Below, in pieces: positions 28,045-37,292 of a stretch of DNA of 64,000 nucleotides; position 1 is the stretch's first letter, and the number at the start of each line of letters is the position of its first letter. The translations under genes were made by a program, and so were the position numbers. The notes under the pieces were generated by a model that saw only the letters and a program-made list of their open reading frames with translations, did not search any database and had not been told where the DNA came from. Origin of the DNA: a virus (Duplodnaviria > Caudoviricetes); IMG/VR virus record IMGVR_UViG_3300048691_000224. One strand, written 5' to 3'.

Positions 28045-29061
28045 ATGATTACACCATTGCATCCAAATCTACAAAAAGTAAGCACTGAAAAACTTGGTGC
28101 TGCTTTTCGAGAAATCCTATACGATAACTTGTGGGAACTTTATGAGCAAACACCTGAACAGGAAACCTACATCACAGCAGTACAGGCGCGAGAGCTTGGG
28201 GTGGGGAAAGCTGAGATGCTTGTTTTTAATGATTGGCTTTTGTGTGGGGTTGGCTGTGCCTACATTTCTAATTATATGGGTGAGCCACTTAAATACCGCG
28301 CCATCAAGCAAGCACAGCCCGTAAGCTGGAATACAAAATATTCCGACAGTACGCCAAAACTAAGCGTCGGCAATAGTGCGTTTGAAGACTGGTTTCAATC
28401 CCAGCCATTCACCACACAAACCGGCATAAAGCAAATGTGTCGTGATAGCTATGCGGCAGGCATGGGCGACCCGCTAGTTACTTATGTGACTACTCAAGCA
28501 CAGCCTGAGCCAGTCAGAGAATATGATGAGGCAGCTTTCTTAAAACGTTTTGAGCAGAACTTGAACCGCGACAATGAAGATTTTTTTAGAGTTACGGAGC
28601 CAGCCGACCCACATGCTGATAATTTTGCAGAAGAATCACATCCAGCCTATCGTGCCATGTATGACAAGCAAGTCAAAGAGGGCACGACTGGGTTTTATTT
28701 GTGGGAGCTTATGACCACGACTAACCCCGATGTTTGGCAACAAAAAACAACAGGTGATGAGCCACATTGGACTGCTACTACGCAATACCGCTGCACAGAC
28801 ATAAGCTGCTATGTTTCAAAAGACGGTGAGCCAGCTATCAGGATGCTTAGAACTGAGGCGCAGGCTTTGCAGGCTAAGTTGGGTGATACGGTTGAGTGGT
28901 GGGCAGGTACAACCAAGGCATTTAATGGCGAAGATTTTACTTTTAATTTACGTGGTACAACTTACACCTACCGCACCAAAGCCACCATCAAACTGGACGG
29001 ACGCATGGTCACGCCTGAGCAGGCGGCGGCTGAGTGGAAGACTAAAAAAGCCGACGCATGA
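28045..29061 (+). CDS. Mosaic accessory protein
   Basis: Modules joined by AQP linkers; N-terminal segment shared with 30100..30654. Confidence 0.6.
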   Translation: MITPLHPNLQKVSTEKLGAAFREILYDNLWELYEQTPEQETYITAVQARELGVGKAEMLVFNDWLLCGVGCAYISNYMGEPLKYRAIKQAQPVSWNTKYSDSTPKLSVGNSAFEDWFQSQPFTTQTGIKQMCRDSYAAGMGDPLVTYVTTQAQPEPVREYDEAAFLKRFEQNLNRDNEDFFRVTEPADPHADNFAEESHPAYRAMYDKQVKEGTTGFYLWELMTTTNPDVWQQKTTGDEPHWTATTQYRCTDISCYVSKDGEPAIRMLRTEAQALQAKLGDTVEWWAGTTKAFNGEDFTFNLRGTTYTYRTKATIKLDGRMVTPEQAAAEWKTKKADA

Positions 29062-29230
29062 TGTTTGGTATCGAAGTGATATATAAAGAGTTTAGTAAAC
29101 AGAAAGGCTCTTGCTGGAATAGATTTACAGAAATATCTGGTGCTGAATACGAACTCCGACTAAAGGCGCTAAAGCAATGGCAAAGTAGCCGCGAAGACGT
29201 GATTGCTTTGCTTAAAGAGAAGGAGTTGCT

Positions 29231-29539
29231 ATGAACCACTTCAACGTGAATGACATTGGCAACCACGACGCCTATACGCCCGCCGGAGCATTTAATAAAC
29301 CACTACCAATTTATTACGAACCAGATGAGGCATCTATGAGCCCTAAATCACGAAAGGCTTTTGAGGCTTGGATGGAAAACGAAGCCAAGGTTATTGGAAT
29401 CAGTAACGTAGGAATATCACTACCTTGGCATGTAGCTTTTACACCAGAAGAGCGCTCCACCTTTAAGCGACTTTGGACTGTAGCCGAAGCCTACGGGCGC
29501 GAGCAAGCCCTAGAGGAAGCTCTAAAAGCCACAACATAG
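29231..29539 (+). CDS. Hypothetical protein
   Basis: RBS AAGGAG. Confidence 0.6.
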   Translation: MNHFNVNDIGNHDAYTPAGAFNKPLPIYYEPDEASMSPKSRKAFEAWMENEAKVIGISNVGISLPWHVAFTPEERSTFKRLWTVAEAYGREQALEEALKATT

Positions 29540-29604
29540 GAATCTACTAACCAGTGCAACCATGACTTTTTTGAGCTTAAACAAGCTATTCAGGAGCTAA
29601 TCAA

Positions 29605-29820
29605 ATGAACGAACAACGCGCATTTACTGTTGTAGTTACTGGGTGTAGTAATTGCCCAAATTATTCCGATGAATTTGGCACTTGCAACTTAGATTGCATC
29701 AACAAAGGTATAGCAGGTTATCGAGGTGATTACAACCTAATAAAAGCTAATGAAGTGCAAATCACCACCACTTGCCCGATGTGGAATGAGGCTAGACCTT
29801 TTATTGGAGAATTGAAATGA
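29605..29820 (+). CDS. Small Cys-containing hypothetical protein
   Basis: RBS CAGGAG; CSNCP...C...C...CP. Confidence 0.55.
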   Translation: MNEQRAFTVVVTGCSNCPNYSDEFGTCNLDCINKGIAGYRGDYNLIKANEVQITTTCPMWNEARPFIGELK

Positions 29821-30099
29821 CAAACAACGACTTAGCTTTAATTATCGAAAGCACAAACCATTTGCTGGCAAAGATACCCCACGATAGTGAACGCTACCAA
29901 CCATTGCTTGAGCACTATAAGGCACTTCTTTTAGAGCAACTACGCCGTGCAAAGGAAACCAAATGAAACCCCAAATAAAAGTAGTTTGGCGCGTAGTAAT
30001 GCCCCACGGCGCACTGCGACTGTTCTCGCTTGTTAAAAAACACAAACACATGAACCTGAAAAAGACTTGCATAATGAAAATGAACTTGGAGGCGAGGAA

Positions 30100-30654
30100 A
30101 TGACACCATCACCCGAACAAATAGCGCAATGGCGCGCAGCCGCCGAAAAACCATACCACGATGAGTACGGTATAGACAATGACGCGAGAACTAAGTTTGC
30201 ATACACACTAGGCTACCTACGCGCCCGTACCGAGCAAGCCACCGAGATAGCAGCACTCAAAGACGACTTGCAATTTGTGGAGCGCTGGGCTGTACATCAC
30301 GGTACAAAGCCACACATGACACCAGAAAATGCATTGTCGGTTATTCAGCACTATCCTGCGATAACTACCATAACTAAGAGCTACACAGACGGTAAAGTTC
30401 CTGACACTTTCAATCCGTTTGCGCAGATAGCCGAGCTAAAAGCGCAGATTGAAGTGTTGCGCGATGCGCTATACGCTGCAACATCTAAAGACACAACACC
30501 AAACATTGAGTCCAAGCTAGTAGAGCCAACCTTTACAGGTCTCAAAAAAGTAAGCACTGAAAGCCTGCCTCCTGGGTTTGAGAAAATTCTGCACGACAAT
30601 TTATGGGAGCTTTACGAAAGCGATAACCCGGCCGACACCCATACAAAGGACTAA
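30100..30654 (+). CDS. Mosaic accessory protein
   Basis: RBS GAGGA; shares MTPSPEQIAQWR...GYLRARTE...EIAALK with 31108 and KVSTE...NLWELYE with 28045. Confidence 0.65.
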   Translation: MTPSPEQIAQWRAAAEKPYHDEYGIDNDARTKFAYTLGYLRARTEQATEIAALKDDLQFVERWAVHHGTKPHMTPENALSVIQHYPAITTITKSYTDGKVPDTFNPFAQIAELKAQIEVLRDALYAATSKDTTPNIESKLVEPTFTGLKKVSTESLPPGFEKILHDNLWELYESDNPADTHTKD

Positions 30655-30655
30655 C

Positions 30656-31108
30656 ATGCCACAAATATCAAAAGCTCAGATTGAAGCGCTTGAAAAATTA
30701 ATCATGTGCACGACAAAAAGTGACAATGCAAATAAAGCCTTAGTCATGCTCCAAGGGCTACTAGACCAGCCAGAGCAGATGCCAGTAAACAACACATTCT
30801 TAACTACCCCAGAAATGGCGGCGTTCAATCGGTTTTTAGAGACTTGTGAAGATGGCGAAGGCTATGACGTCCCAAAAACAATGATGCAGCGACTAGCACA
30901 AATCGGTGTTGTGCGGCATTTGTCAAGAGGCATCTATAACATCACTGAATTTGGGCAGTCGGTAATTGACCCCGCACCATTCACACATATTACCACAGAT
31001 GATGTGACGGATGAGATGATGGCTAATTTTATAAGAGGGCACACTGACAATATGACTTACGCAAAAACTTTTGCAGCCGCTGTCAACGCATACATGAAAG
31101 GTAAATAA
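30656..31108 (+). CDS. Hypothetical accessory protein
   Basis: RBS AAAGGA before ATG (MPQISK); CEDGEGYDV...LAQIG.V...G.YNITEFG. Confidence 0.6.
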   Translation: MPQISKAQIEALEKLIMCTTKSDNANKALVMLQGLLDQPEQMPVNNTFLTTPEMAAFNRFLETCEDGEGYDVPKTMMQRLAQIGVVRHLSRGIYNITEFGQSVIDPAPFTHITTDDVTDEMMANFIRGHTDNMTYAKTFAAAVNAYMKGK

Positions 31109-31356
31109 TGAGCCCCACACCCGAAGAAATAACAGAGTGGCGCAAAGAGTCTCACAAAAACTGGCTTGAAGACAAGGAACTAAACGCTACCTCATGTTCT
31201 AGTAAAGCATATGAGAATGGATACCTACGTGCTCGCACCGAGCACGTCCCTGAGATAGCAGCGCTAAAAGAACTACGAGCCGTGTTCCACAGCACATACC
31301 CATCAATAGAGGCGCAGCTGACAGCTATTGCCAAGCTACTGAAAGAAAACCAATGA
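31108..31356 (+). CDS. Hypothetical accessory protein
   Basis: TAATG overlap; paralogous to the N-terminus of 30100. Confidence 0.6.
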   Translation: MSPTPEEITEWRKESHKNWLEDKELNATSCSSKAYENGYLRARTEHVPEIAALKELRAVFHSTYPSIEAQLTAIAKLLKENQ

Positions 31357-31847
31357 GCGCTACTACAAAACTAGAAAATAGCCTATTGCGGTTGTCTGAG
31401 CACCATACCCTGCAATATAAAGAGAGTGCATCAATCAGTGATGCTGTTGAAACGCTACACACCCAAGCAGCTAAGATAGAGGCACTGCAAGCCGAAGTAG
31501 AAGCGCTGCGTAAGGATGCTGAGTGGATACCAGTGAGTGAGCGATTACCTGAAATACCAACTAACTGCACACGCGAATTTATTGTTGCTTGCAAGAGAGT
31601 GCACAACGGGGAAACATACGTTTTTGCTGCCGAGTATCTACAGGATATGCTATTGCAAAGTACCTATCCCGATGATGATGATGATGATGAACCCGAAGAT
31701 GGAAAACCATATACAGGTTGGTATCAAGAGCGTAACTGCGAAAGTGGCGATTTTGACACTGAATGGCAAAACATCGAAGCTGATGGGAGTGTAATAACCC
31801 ACTGGATGCCCCTACCACAGCCACCCATAGCAGGAGAAGCGACATGA
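31353..31847 (+). CDS. DUF551-domain phage protein
   Basis: WIPVSERLPE...ITHWMPLPQPP. Confidence 0.85.
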   Translation: MSATTKLENSLLRLSEHHTLQYKESASISDAVETLHTQAAKIEALQAEVEALRKDAEWIPVSERLPEIPTNCTREFIVACKRVHNGETYVFAAEYLQDMLLQSTYPDDDDDDEPEDGKPYTGWYQERNCESGDFDTEWQNIEADGSVITHWMPLPQPPIAGEAT

Positions 31848-32089
31848 AACCAAAATCACTCACAACCGCAGACCAAGTGCGAGAGCTTGGCTTATCTGTT
31901 GGCGATGTCATCGTCGGGCGTGAGGAATACAGTGATGGGTGGTGCGACGCTGAGTTAACCTTGCTTTTTGTTGGTAAAGAAGTTGCAGTTTTCAATAAGC
32001 GGACCCGCAGTAACCGTGCCCCAAGCTGGAATGACGTGAGAGAAAACGGCAATTGGACATTGGCATTTAGAGATTGGATAAAATCATGA
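31844..32089 (+). CDS. Hypothetical phage protein
   Basis: ATGA overlap; VGDVIVGREE...LTLLFVG. Confidence 0.6.
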   Translation: MKPKSLTTADQVRELGLSVGDVIVGREEYSDGWCDAELTLLFVGKEVAVFNKRTRSNRAPSWNDVRENGNWTLAFRDWIKS

Positions 32090-32439
32090 CTACTACTATT
32101 GAACACGCTGAAATTCTTGAGCGCACAATCAAATATAAGTACAACGAAGCAGACGAATTTTGTACCCAATCGCTTCACATCAAACCGACTGAAATTCAAT
32201 GCCGAGAAGCCGCCCAGCGCCTGAGAGAGCTCGAGAAGGATGCAGTGCGGTATCGGTGGCTTTGCGATAAAGGTCACAGCTATCACGGCGCTGTGGCAGG
32301 CACCGGCTCAATGTCTATTTGCCGTGGGCCTTACATCCTGCTTGAGCTACCATCACATAACAAATTTAGCAACATGATTTTGACAAAGCAAGCCGCCGAT
32401 GTGATTATCGACAAAGCTATATCAGAGGAAGCGCAGTGA
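32086..32439 (+). CDS. Hypothetical phage protein
   Basis: LEKDAVRYRWL motif typical of proteobacterial phage accessory proteins. Confidence 0.65.
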   Translation: MTTTIEHAEILERTIKYKYNEADEFCTQSLHIKPTEIQCREAAQRLRELEKDAVRYRWLCDKGHSYHGAVAGTGSMSICRGPYILLELPSHNKFSNMILTKQAADVIIDKAISEEAQ

Positions 32440-32648
32440 GTATTGCAAAAATACTGCAAGGTATTGACCACGATGAAATAAGTCACACAGACGGCTGGTG
32501 GGAAACTTCAGCGGGTACTGAATTTGGGCGAGTAAAGCTAATCGAGGCACTGGCGTACGAGGTTGGATTGCTTACACGAATTGCTGAACTAGAGACGCGT
32601 CTAGTAGAAACAATCATCATTCAACATTTAGGTACCAACAAGATATAG
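32436..32648 (+). CDS. Hypothetical phage protein
   Basis: GWWETSAGTEFG motif; GTGA overlap. Confidence 0.6.
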   Translation: MSIAKILQGIDHDEISHTDGWWETSAGTEFGRVKLIEALAYEVGLLTRIAELETRLVETIIIQHLGTNKI

Positions 32649-32674
32649 TTCCTAGCTGAAGTGCGTATTTGTTG

Positions 32675-32712
32675 TTGTCTTTACTCAAATATAGGGTATA
32701 ATTAACCCTAAG
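32675..32712 (+). promoter_or_regulatory. Early promoter with dyad operator (copy 7)
   Basis: TTGTCT-N16-TATAAT; ATAGGGT-ATAATTA-ACCCTAAG. Confidence 0.8.
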
Positions 32713-32742
32713 AACAACTACACGCACGCGACAACAAGAAAC

Positions 32743-32922
32743 ATGAAACTCAAAATAGTTCAACTCAGCGCAATTATACTCAGCACTATTGTCGTCATAT
32801 CAGGATATACAAGTACAGTACAACGGCAGACCATCACCATCAGTGATTCAGTTGCAATTGCGCTGATTGGTGGACTACCTGCTGCATATGTTGTTGAGCA
32901 GACAACCTGCCCCACCCAATAA
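32743..32922 (+). CDS. Small secreted/membrane protein (59 aa, not in ORF track)
   Basis: MKLKIVQLSAIILSTIVVISG signal-like start after promoter copy 7. Confidence 0.55.
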   Translation: MKLKIVQLSAIILSTIVVISGYTSTVQRQTITISDSVAIALIGGLPAAYVVEQTTCPTQ

Positions 32923-32926
32923 CTTT

Positions 32927-33181
32927 ATGGCATTTGGTTATACATCAAGTGATGCTGAATCAGAACACGCACTGATTGTTGCAGAAAATGCGCTACAGGC
33001 AGTACGCCTGGAGTTGTACAATCACCATACCCACGCAGTGAACTGTCGTGAGTGCGGTGAGGAAATCCCACCAGCACGCCGCAAAGCTGCTCCAGGGTGT
33101 TATCAGTGCGTATCTTGCCGCTCGCTGTTTGAATTATCGAAAACCCGTCACACAGTGAAAATGTTAGATCGAATTTTGTAA
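32927..33181 (+). CDS. TraR/DksA-family C4 zinc-finger protein (YbiI-like)
   Basis: CRECGEEIPPARRKAAPGCYQCVSC. Confidence 0.85.
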   Translation: MAFGYTSSDAESEHALIVAENALQAVRLELYNHHTHAVNCRECGEEIPPARRKAAPGCYQCVSCRSLFELSKTRHTVKMLDRIL

Positions 33182-33191
33182 CAACCAACCG

Positions 33192-33230
33192 TTGACTTTA
33201 TCGCAGAATTGCTTTATAATATACCCTAAG
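33192..33230 (+). promoter_or_regulatory. Early promoter carrying only the right operator half-site
   Basis: TTGACT-N17-TATAAT-AT-ACCCTAAG. Confidence 0.8.
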
Positions 33231-33256
33231 AGTAAAAATAACTAGGAAAGCTCAAG

Positions 33257-33733
33257 ATGATGAAAATTGTGAATATTATTGACGGTAACCCACAAATTGC
33301 GGAAGTGCCTGATGACTACATCCGTTGCTCCATTTCCGGTGAGTTCCGCCCCCGCAGTGAGTTTTGTGACGAGAATGGTGTCCAGACTCGCACTAACTGC
33401 ACCAGTACATACCTAGCAAAGCACGCAGATAATGTGGTTCTATCTGCACGCACTGCGGATATTATGCGTGAGATGCCGTTCAAATCATTGGCCAGCCAAT
33501 TGAGTCGAGCACGCTCGCTGGAAGCAATGTCTGTGCCTATTGCGGATATGATTGCTACCCTACTAGACCTACAATCAAAAAATCCAAATACGCGCCTAGT
33601 AATGACTCAGAATGGCTACTACGCTGATGGAGACTTGGCAGACATCTACACCGTTCCGGAATTGCTCGCCAAAGTGCCAGCTTGTGGTGAGGTAGATTAC
33701 TACTCACTAGGTAGCTCATCACAAAATTATTAA
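33257..33733 (+). CDS. Early hypothetical protein (possible two-domain fusion)
   Basis: RBS AGGA; Cys-containing N-terminal half, GYYADG C-terminal half. Confidence 0.6.
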   Translation: MMKIVNIIDGNPQIAEVPDDYIRCSISGEFRPRSEFCDENGVQTRTNCTSTYLAKHADNVVLSARTADIMREMPFKSLASQLSRARSLEAMSVPIADMIATLLDLQSKNPNTRLVMTQNGYYADGDLADIYTVPELLAKVPACGEVDYYSLGSSSQNY

Positions 33734-33786
33734 TGAACAGGATTGTTTTGTGGTAAGAGTAGAACAACTTCACACAGGGTTTACAA

Positions 33787-34032
33787 ATGGTCGATTATCT
33801 ATATTTTTGGTTGATGAAATCAGCCGCTGAGTTTTTGATTGGTGTCGGCATCTTCACTCTGATCGTACTAGTATACCTACTGGCTCAAGTACCAACGTAT
33901 TTGAGCCAGCGACGATGTGCCCACAAAACTGTACATGAAGATATGAGTTGCAACGCATGGTGTAGATCGTGCGGTAAGAATTTAGGCTTCATCGGGACAT
34001 ACAGAGCAAAGCAGCATGCTGACAAAAAGTAA
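33787..34032 (+). CDS. Single-TM protein with C-terminal Cys/His knuckle
   Basis: FLIGVGIFTLIVLVYLLA; CAH...WCRSCGK. Confidence 0.55.
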   Translation: MVDYLYFWLMKSAAEFLIGVGIFTLIVLVYLLAQVPTYLSQRRCAHKTVHEDMSCNAWCRSCGKNLGFIGTYRAKQHADKK

Positions 34033-34453
34033 ATTTCACCCAGACAGTACCGTACCCAAATCGGGGATATTTGTATTTGGATCGAATCTCTCTGGCGTCC
34101 ACGGCGCTGGTGCTGCAAAAGCCGCACACAAGTACTTTGGTGCGGAGTGGGGGAATCCTCACGGTAGGCAGGGGAATAGTTACGCTATTCCCACAAAAAA
34201 TGCATCTATTTCTGCAACACTTCCATTGCCTGCCATCAGAGATTTTGTTATCGAATTTGCGCAATACGCTCTTTCCCACCCTGAGCTGGAGTTCTTCATC
34301 ACACGAGTAGCCTGTGGCTTAGCTGGGTGTAAAGATTCCCAAATCGCCCCGATGTTTAGAGATGCTGGCTGTTGTGAGTTGCAGAATTGTAGCTTCCCGA
34401 GTCCCTGGCAGCAATACTTAGTTGATGATACTCAGTCTCCAATTACACTATGA
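34016..34453 (+). CDS. Macro-domain-like phage protein
   Basis: IFVFGSNLSGVHGAGAA...SYAIPTK...FFITRVACGLAG. Confidence 0.75.
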   Translation: MLTKSKFHPDSTVPKSGIFVFGSNLSGVHGAGAAKAAHKYFGAEWGNPHGRQGNSYAIPTKNASISATLPLPAIRDFVIEFAQYALSHPELEFFITRVACGLAGCKDSQIAPMFRDAGCCELQNCSFPSPWQQYLVDDTQSPITL

Positions 34454-34998
34454 CTATGCTAACCGAACTAACCCCCAACCACATCACTGCGCTATTACGT
34501 GCTCTCCCTCAGATCAATAAAATAATTTCTGAAATTGATGCTGATCTCCAATGGCGTGATGGTGTCAACCGAGGCAGAGAGATTATAGCTGGGCTAGCAA
34601 CTGCTACCAACCAAATTCACGTGAGTCCACCACCCGCAATTGGTGAAATGTGGCGAGGCGGCATTTACGCAGGTATTAGTGTTGGTACGAAAAATCAGCC
34701 AGATAGTCACATCGTCTTGTTGACCACCACACCAGAAGATAAACTCGATTAGCAGACTAGCGTCGATTGGGCAAAAAGCTTAGGCAACGGTGCGCACGTT
34801 CCTACCCTCAGCGAATCAGCCCTGCTACATGCTAATCTACCGAATGAATTTGATGTAGATAACTGGTATTGGACTAGCACAGTATGCGAAACCAAAGCAG
34901 CTTGGATCAAGTACTTTAACGAAGATAGTCACTGTTGCACTACCTGGAAGTCTGTAGATAATTTATGCCGGGCTGTCCGCAGGCATCCAGTCTACTAA
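34450..34998 (+). pseudogene. DUF1566/Lcl-like (C-type lectin fold) gene interrupted by an in-frame TAG at 34750-34752
   Basis: Frame continues past TAG as QTSVDWAKSLG...PTLSESALLHANL...WYWTST...AW...RAVRR to TAA 34998; TAG sits where Trp (TGG) is expected. Confidence 0.8.
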
Positions 34999-35029
34999 TA
35001 ACACGACACAATTAAATTTAGGAATAAAA

Positions 35030-35257
35030 ATGCGAACAATAGTAAAACTCATGCTGGTAATTAGTATTTTGGTCACAGTTGGGTGTAACCAAATAGTTAC
35101 TGCAAAATCTATCACCGAAGCGGAGCGCTTGTGTAAAGAGTTTGGTGGGGTATACTACATACTAACTGATCCAATGTCGACGACTCGCACCAAACAATTC
35201 CATCAAGTGACTTGTATCAACGATGATTACCAATTTACATTTTCAGTCCGCCGGTAA
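35030..35257 (+). CDS. Small lipoprotein
   Basis: MRTIVKLMLVISILVTVG-C lipobox; RBS TAGGA. Confidence 0.7.
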   Translation: MRTIVKLMLVISILVTVGCNQIVTAKSITEAERLCKEFGGVYYILTDPMSTTRTKQFHQVTCINDDYQFTFSVRR

Positions 35258-35357
35258 TCAAACATGAAACACGATCTAGAATACATTGGACTTTCCGTTC
35301 TGTAAGCTAGAGGCTCTCAATCTAGGATAAATATACGTTAGTTTAACAAGATGGAAA

Positions 35358-36056
35358 ATGAAATTACGTTACGTAATGGAGATGGTGAAAGCTTCACCAA
35401 GCTACGAGCACCTAGGTATGTTCCTAGGCAAATTCGAAGACCAGTTGCGTAAGGGGACGGACCACGTAGGTGACATCGAAGGTGTCAAAATCTACAAGGG
35501 CCTAGACCAAGGGGATGTAAATTACATTGCGTCCCATGATGGTGTGACTGTACTTGGATTCTTTATTATTACTGGTAGAAATATATTGACTACTGTATAT
35601 GTCGTACCGGAAGCTCGCATGCAGAGTTTACTTGCGATGTTCATCATGTTCCTATTCAGGGCTGAACGGATGAGTGAAATACAGATTGGTGACGATCAAA
35701 GTTTTGCAATAATCTCAGCATTGCAGCGACTAGGAACTCGATTCGCGTGCACCTGGGTTGATAAGAACACTGGTGGGAGAGTACCTTACGACCCAAAAAC
35801 AGCAATTCAATTTTATGCTATTGACGGTAAATCATCAAAATGGACCCTTGTTCTTGCTGAGCACCCACTGAGTGAAGGCAGCAGCACATTAGTATCGAGG
35901 TATTGGCACCCTGGGCGGCTGGGCACTTGGTACCACTCGGAGTTAGCTGAGGGATTCAATGACCCTCTCGAATATCAAGGTCAAGTGCTGTTCGGGTATC
36001 AATTTTTCAATCCCAACCACGAAGAATTTACAAGACCACAACAATATATCCGTTGA
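35358..36056 (+). CDS. Late hypothetical protein, possibly GNAT-like fold
   Basis: TAAATA at 35328; TVYVVPEARMQSL resembles the acetyl-CoA loop only weakly. Confidence 0.45.
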   Translation: MKLRYVMEMVKASPSYEHLGMFLGKFEDQLRKGTDHVGDIEGVKIYKGLDQGDVNYIASHDGVTVLGFFIITGRNILTTVYVVPEARMQSLLAMFIMFLFRAERMSEIQIGDDQSFAIISALQRLGTRFACTWVDKNTGGRVPYDPKTAIQFYAIDGKSSKWTLVLAEHPLSEGSSTLVSRYWHPGRLGTWYHSELAEGFNDPLEYQGQVLFGYQFFNPNHEEFTRPQQYIR

Positions 36057-36311
36057 CTTTAGGTTGAACTGGCATGGTTCTAACCAAGAGACAATCATAT
36101 GCTATTTTCACCATCACTGTCGATGGAACACCAATTTTCTTTTCCTGATGAGATCACCTATAAACCAATATGACAACATTCTATTATAACAAAACAGGTG
36201 GGTTGATTAGTATCACTTGGCCACGTGGTACAGTGAAAACATTCTCTCCCCCCTGTGTATCAAGATAATAATTTCATATCAACTATTACTCACTACGACT
36301 CACTACGCAAA

Positions 36312-37160
36312 ATGATTCACGATCTACAATACATTAAACTAATTGAAACCATCTTGAGAGATGGTGAAACAAAAACAGACCGTACAGGCACAGGTACCCG
36401 CTCGATTTTTGGCTATCAAATGGTGTTCGACCTACGAGAAGGATTCCCAATCTTGACAATCAAAGAGACTCGATACAAGACAGCGTTCTTAGAGATGCTC
36501 TGGTTCCTTTCTGGGAACCACAATATTTCGTGGCTTAATGAACGAGGATCTAAATTGTGGGATCCATGGGCGGGCCCAGATGGTTCCATTGTTGGATACG
36601 GACAGATGTGGAGAGAGTGGCCACAGTATTCGCTACACTCTATCCGCCCTGATGCTGCGGTATTTGAATCCTCAAGTGTAGTGGATCAGGTGCGGGTTGT
36701 GATTGATTCTATCAAAACAAACCCCGATTCACGCCGCCATATTGTAGAAGGTTGGGACCCATCTCGTTTGGGTGACTATTCACTGCCACCATGTCATAAA
36801 ATGCACCAGTTGTATTGCACCAACGATAATCAGTTGGACCTCCAGGTATACGTCAGATCAAATGATATTGGATTGGGTGCCCCATTCAACATCGCTCAAT
36901 ATGCACTATTGCTGAGCTTATACGCCCAGTGTACTGGTAGGACACCACGCAAGTTAATTTACACCATTGGTGATGCGCACATATACGAAAATCACATTCC
37001 TCAATTGAGTGCTTGGCTACAAACATATAAACCTGTAGAATGTACTCCACGTCTGGTTATTTCTAATCCTACTACTGATATCGATTCATTTCAAATGAGC
37101 GACTTCACGATTACTGGATACGAGTGTAACCCTTTCCTAAAACTTCCAATTGCGGTATAA
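36312..37160 (+). CDS. thyA: Thymidylate synthase
   Basis: DRTGTGT, EMLWFLSG, PDSRRHIV, LPPCH, YVRSNDIGLGAPFN (Asn indicates dUMP specificity), GDAHIYENH. Confidence 0.97.
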   Translation: MIHDLQYIKLIETILRDGETKTDRTGTGTRSIFGYQMVFDLREGFPILTIKETRYKTAFLEMLWFLSGNHNISWLNERGSKLWDPWAGPDGSIVGYGQMWREWPQYSLHSIRPDAAVFESSSVVDQVRVVIDSIKTNPDSRRHIVEGWDPSRLGDYSLPPCHKMHQLYCTNDNQLDLQVYVRSNDIGLGAPFNIAQYALLLSLYAQCTGRTPRKLIYTIGDAHIYENHIPQLSAWLQTYKPVECTPRLVISNPTTDIDSFQMSDFTITGYECNPFLKLPIAV

Positions 37161-37165
37161 CCCAT

Positions 37166-37288
37166 ATGAACTACATCAAAAAATTAGCTAACCAACTCTA
37201 CTTCTGGTACCAAACAGAACCGACAGCACCATCCACAATAGGCATGGTTGCCATGGTGATCGTGATGGCCGTATTAATCCTAGCTTAA
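37166..37288 (+). CDS. 40-aa TM microprotein (not in ORF track)
   Basis: MNYIKKLANQLYFWYQTEPTAPSTIGMVAMVIVMAVLILA. Confidence 0.5.
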   Translation: MNYIKKLANQLYFWYQTEPTAPSTIGMVAMVIVMAVLILA

Positions 37289-37292
37289 AGAT

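Noticed and set aside
29035-29086. Programmed or slipped frameshift at the A6 run extending ORF 28045 into ...THDVWYRSDI
   Set aside because: The shifted frame adds only about 10 residues, and a plausible separate ORF (ATG 29058, MMFGIEVIY...) starts at the stop with ATGA overlap.
31671-31690. (GAT)6 microsatellite as a phase-variation tract
   Set aside because: It is an in-frame trinucleotide run encoding poly-Asp; length changes would not switch expression.
31579-32286. 235-aa minus-strand ORF and the many other antisense ORFs in the track (e.g. 14689..15201, 16962..17447, 52217..52690)
   Set aside because: They shadow well-supported + strand genes and lack RBS, promoters or recognisable motifs.
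33257-33733. C-terminus SLGSSSQNY as a third member of the Cys-tailed small protein family
   Set aside because: It lacks the Trp, terminal Cys, acidic run and A..IA..AGV.F helix; probably coincidental.
34450-34998. Active diversity-generating retroelement
   Set aside because: No reverse transcriptase and no near-identical template repeat differing only at adenines in the window.
36312-37160. ThyA as a dCMP/dUMP hydroxymethylase for DNA hypermodification
   Set aside because: It keeps canonical thymidylate synthase motifs, including the dUMP-specifying Asn in PFN.
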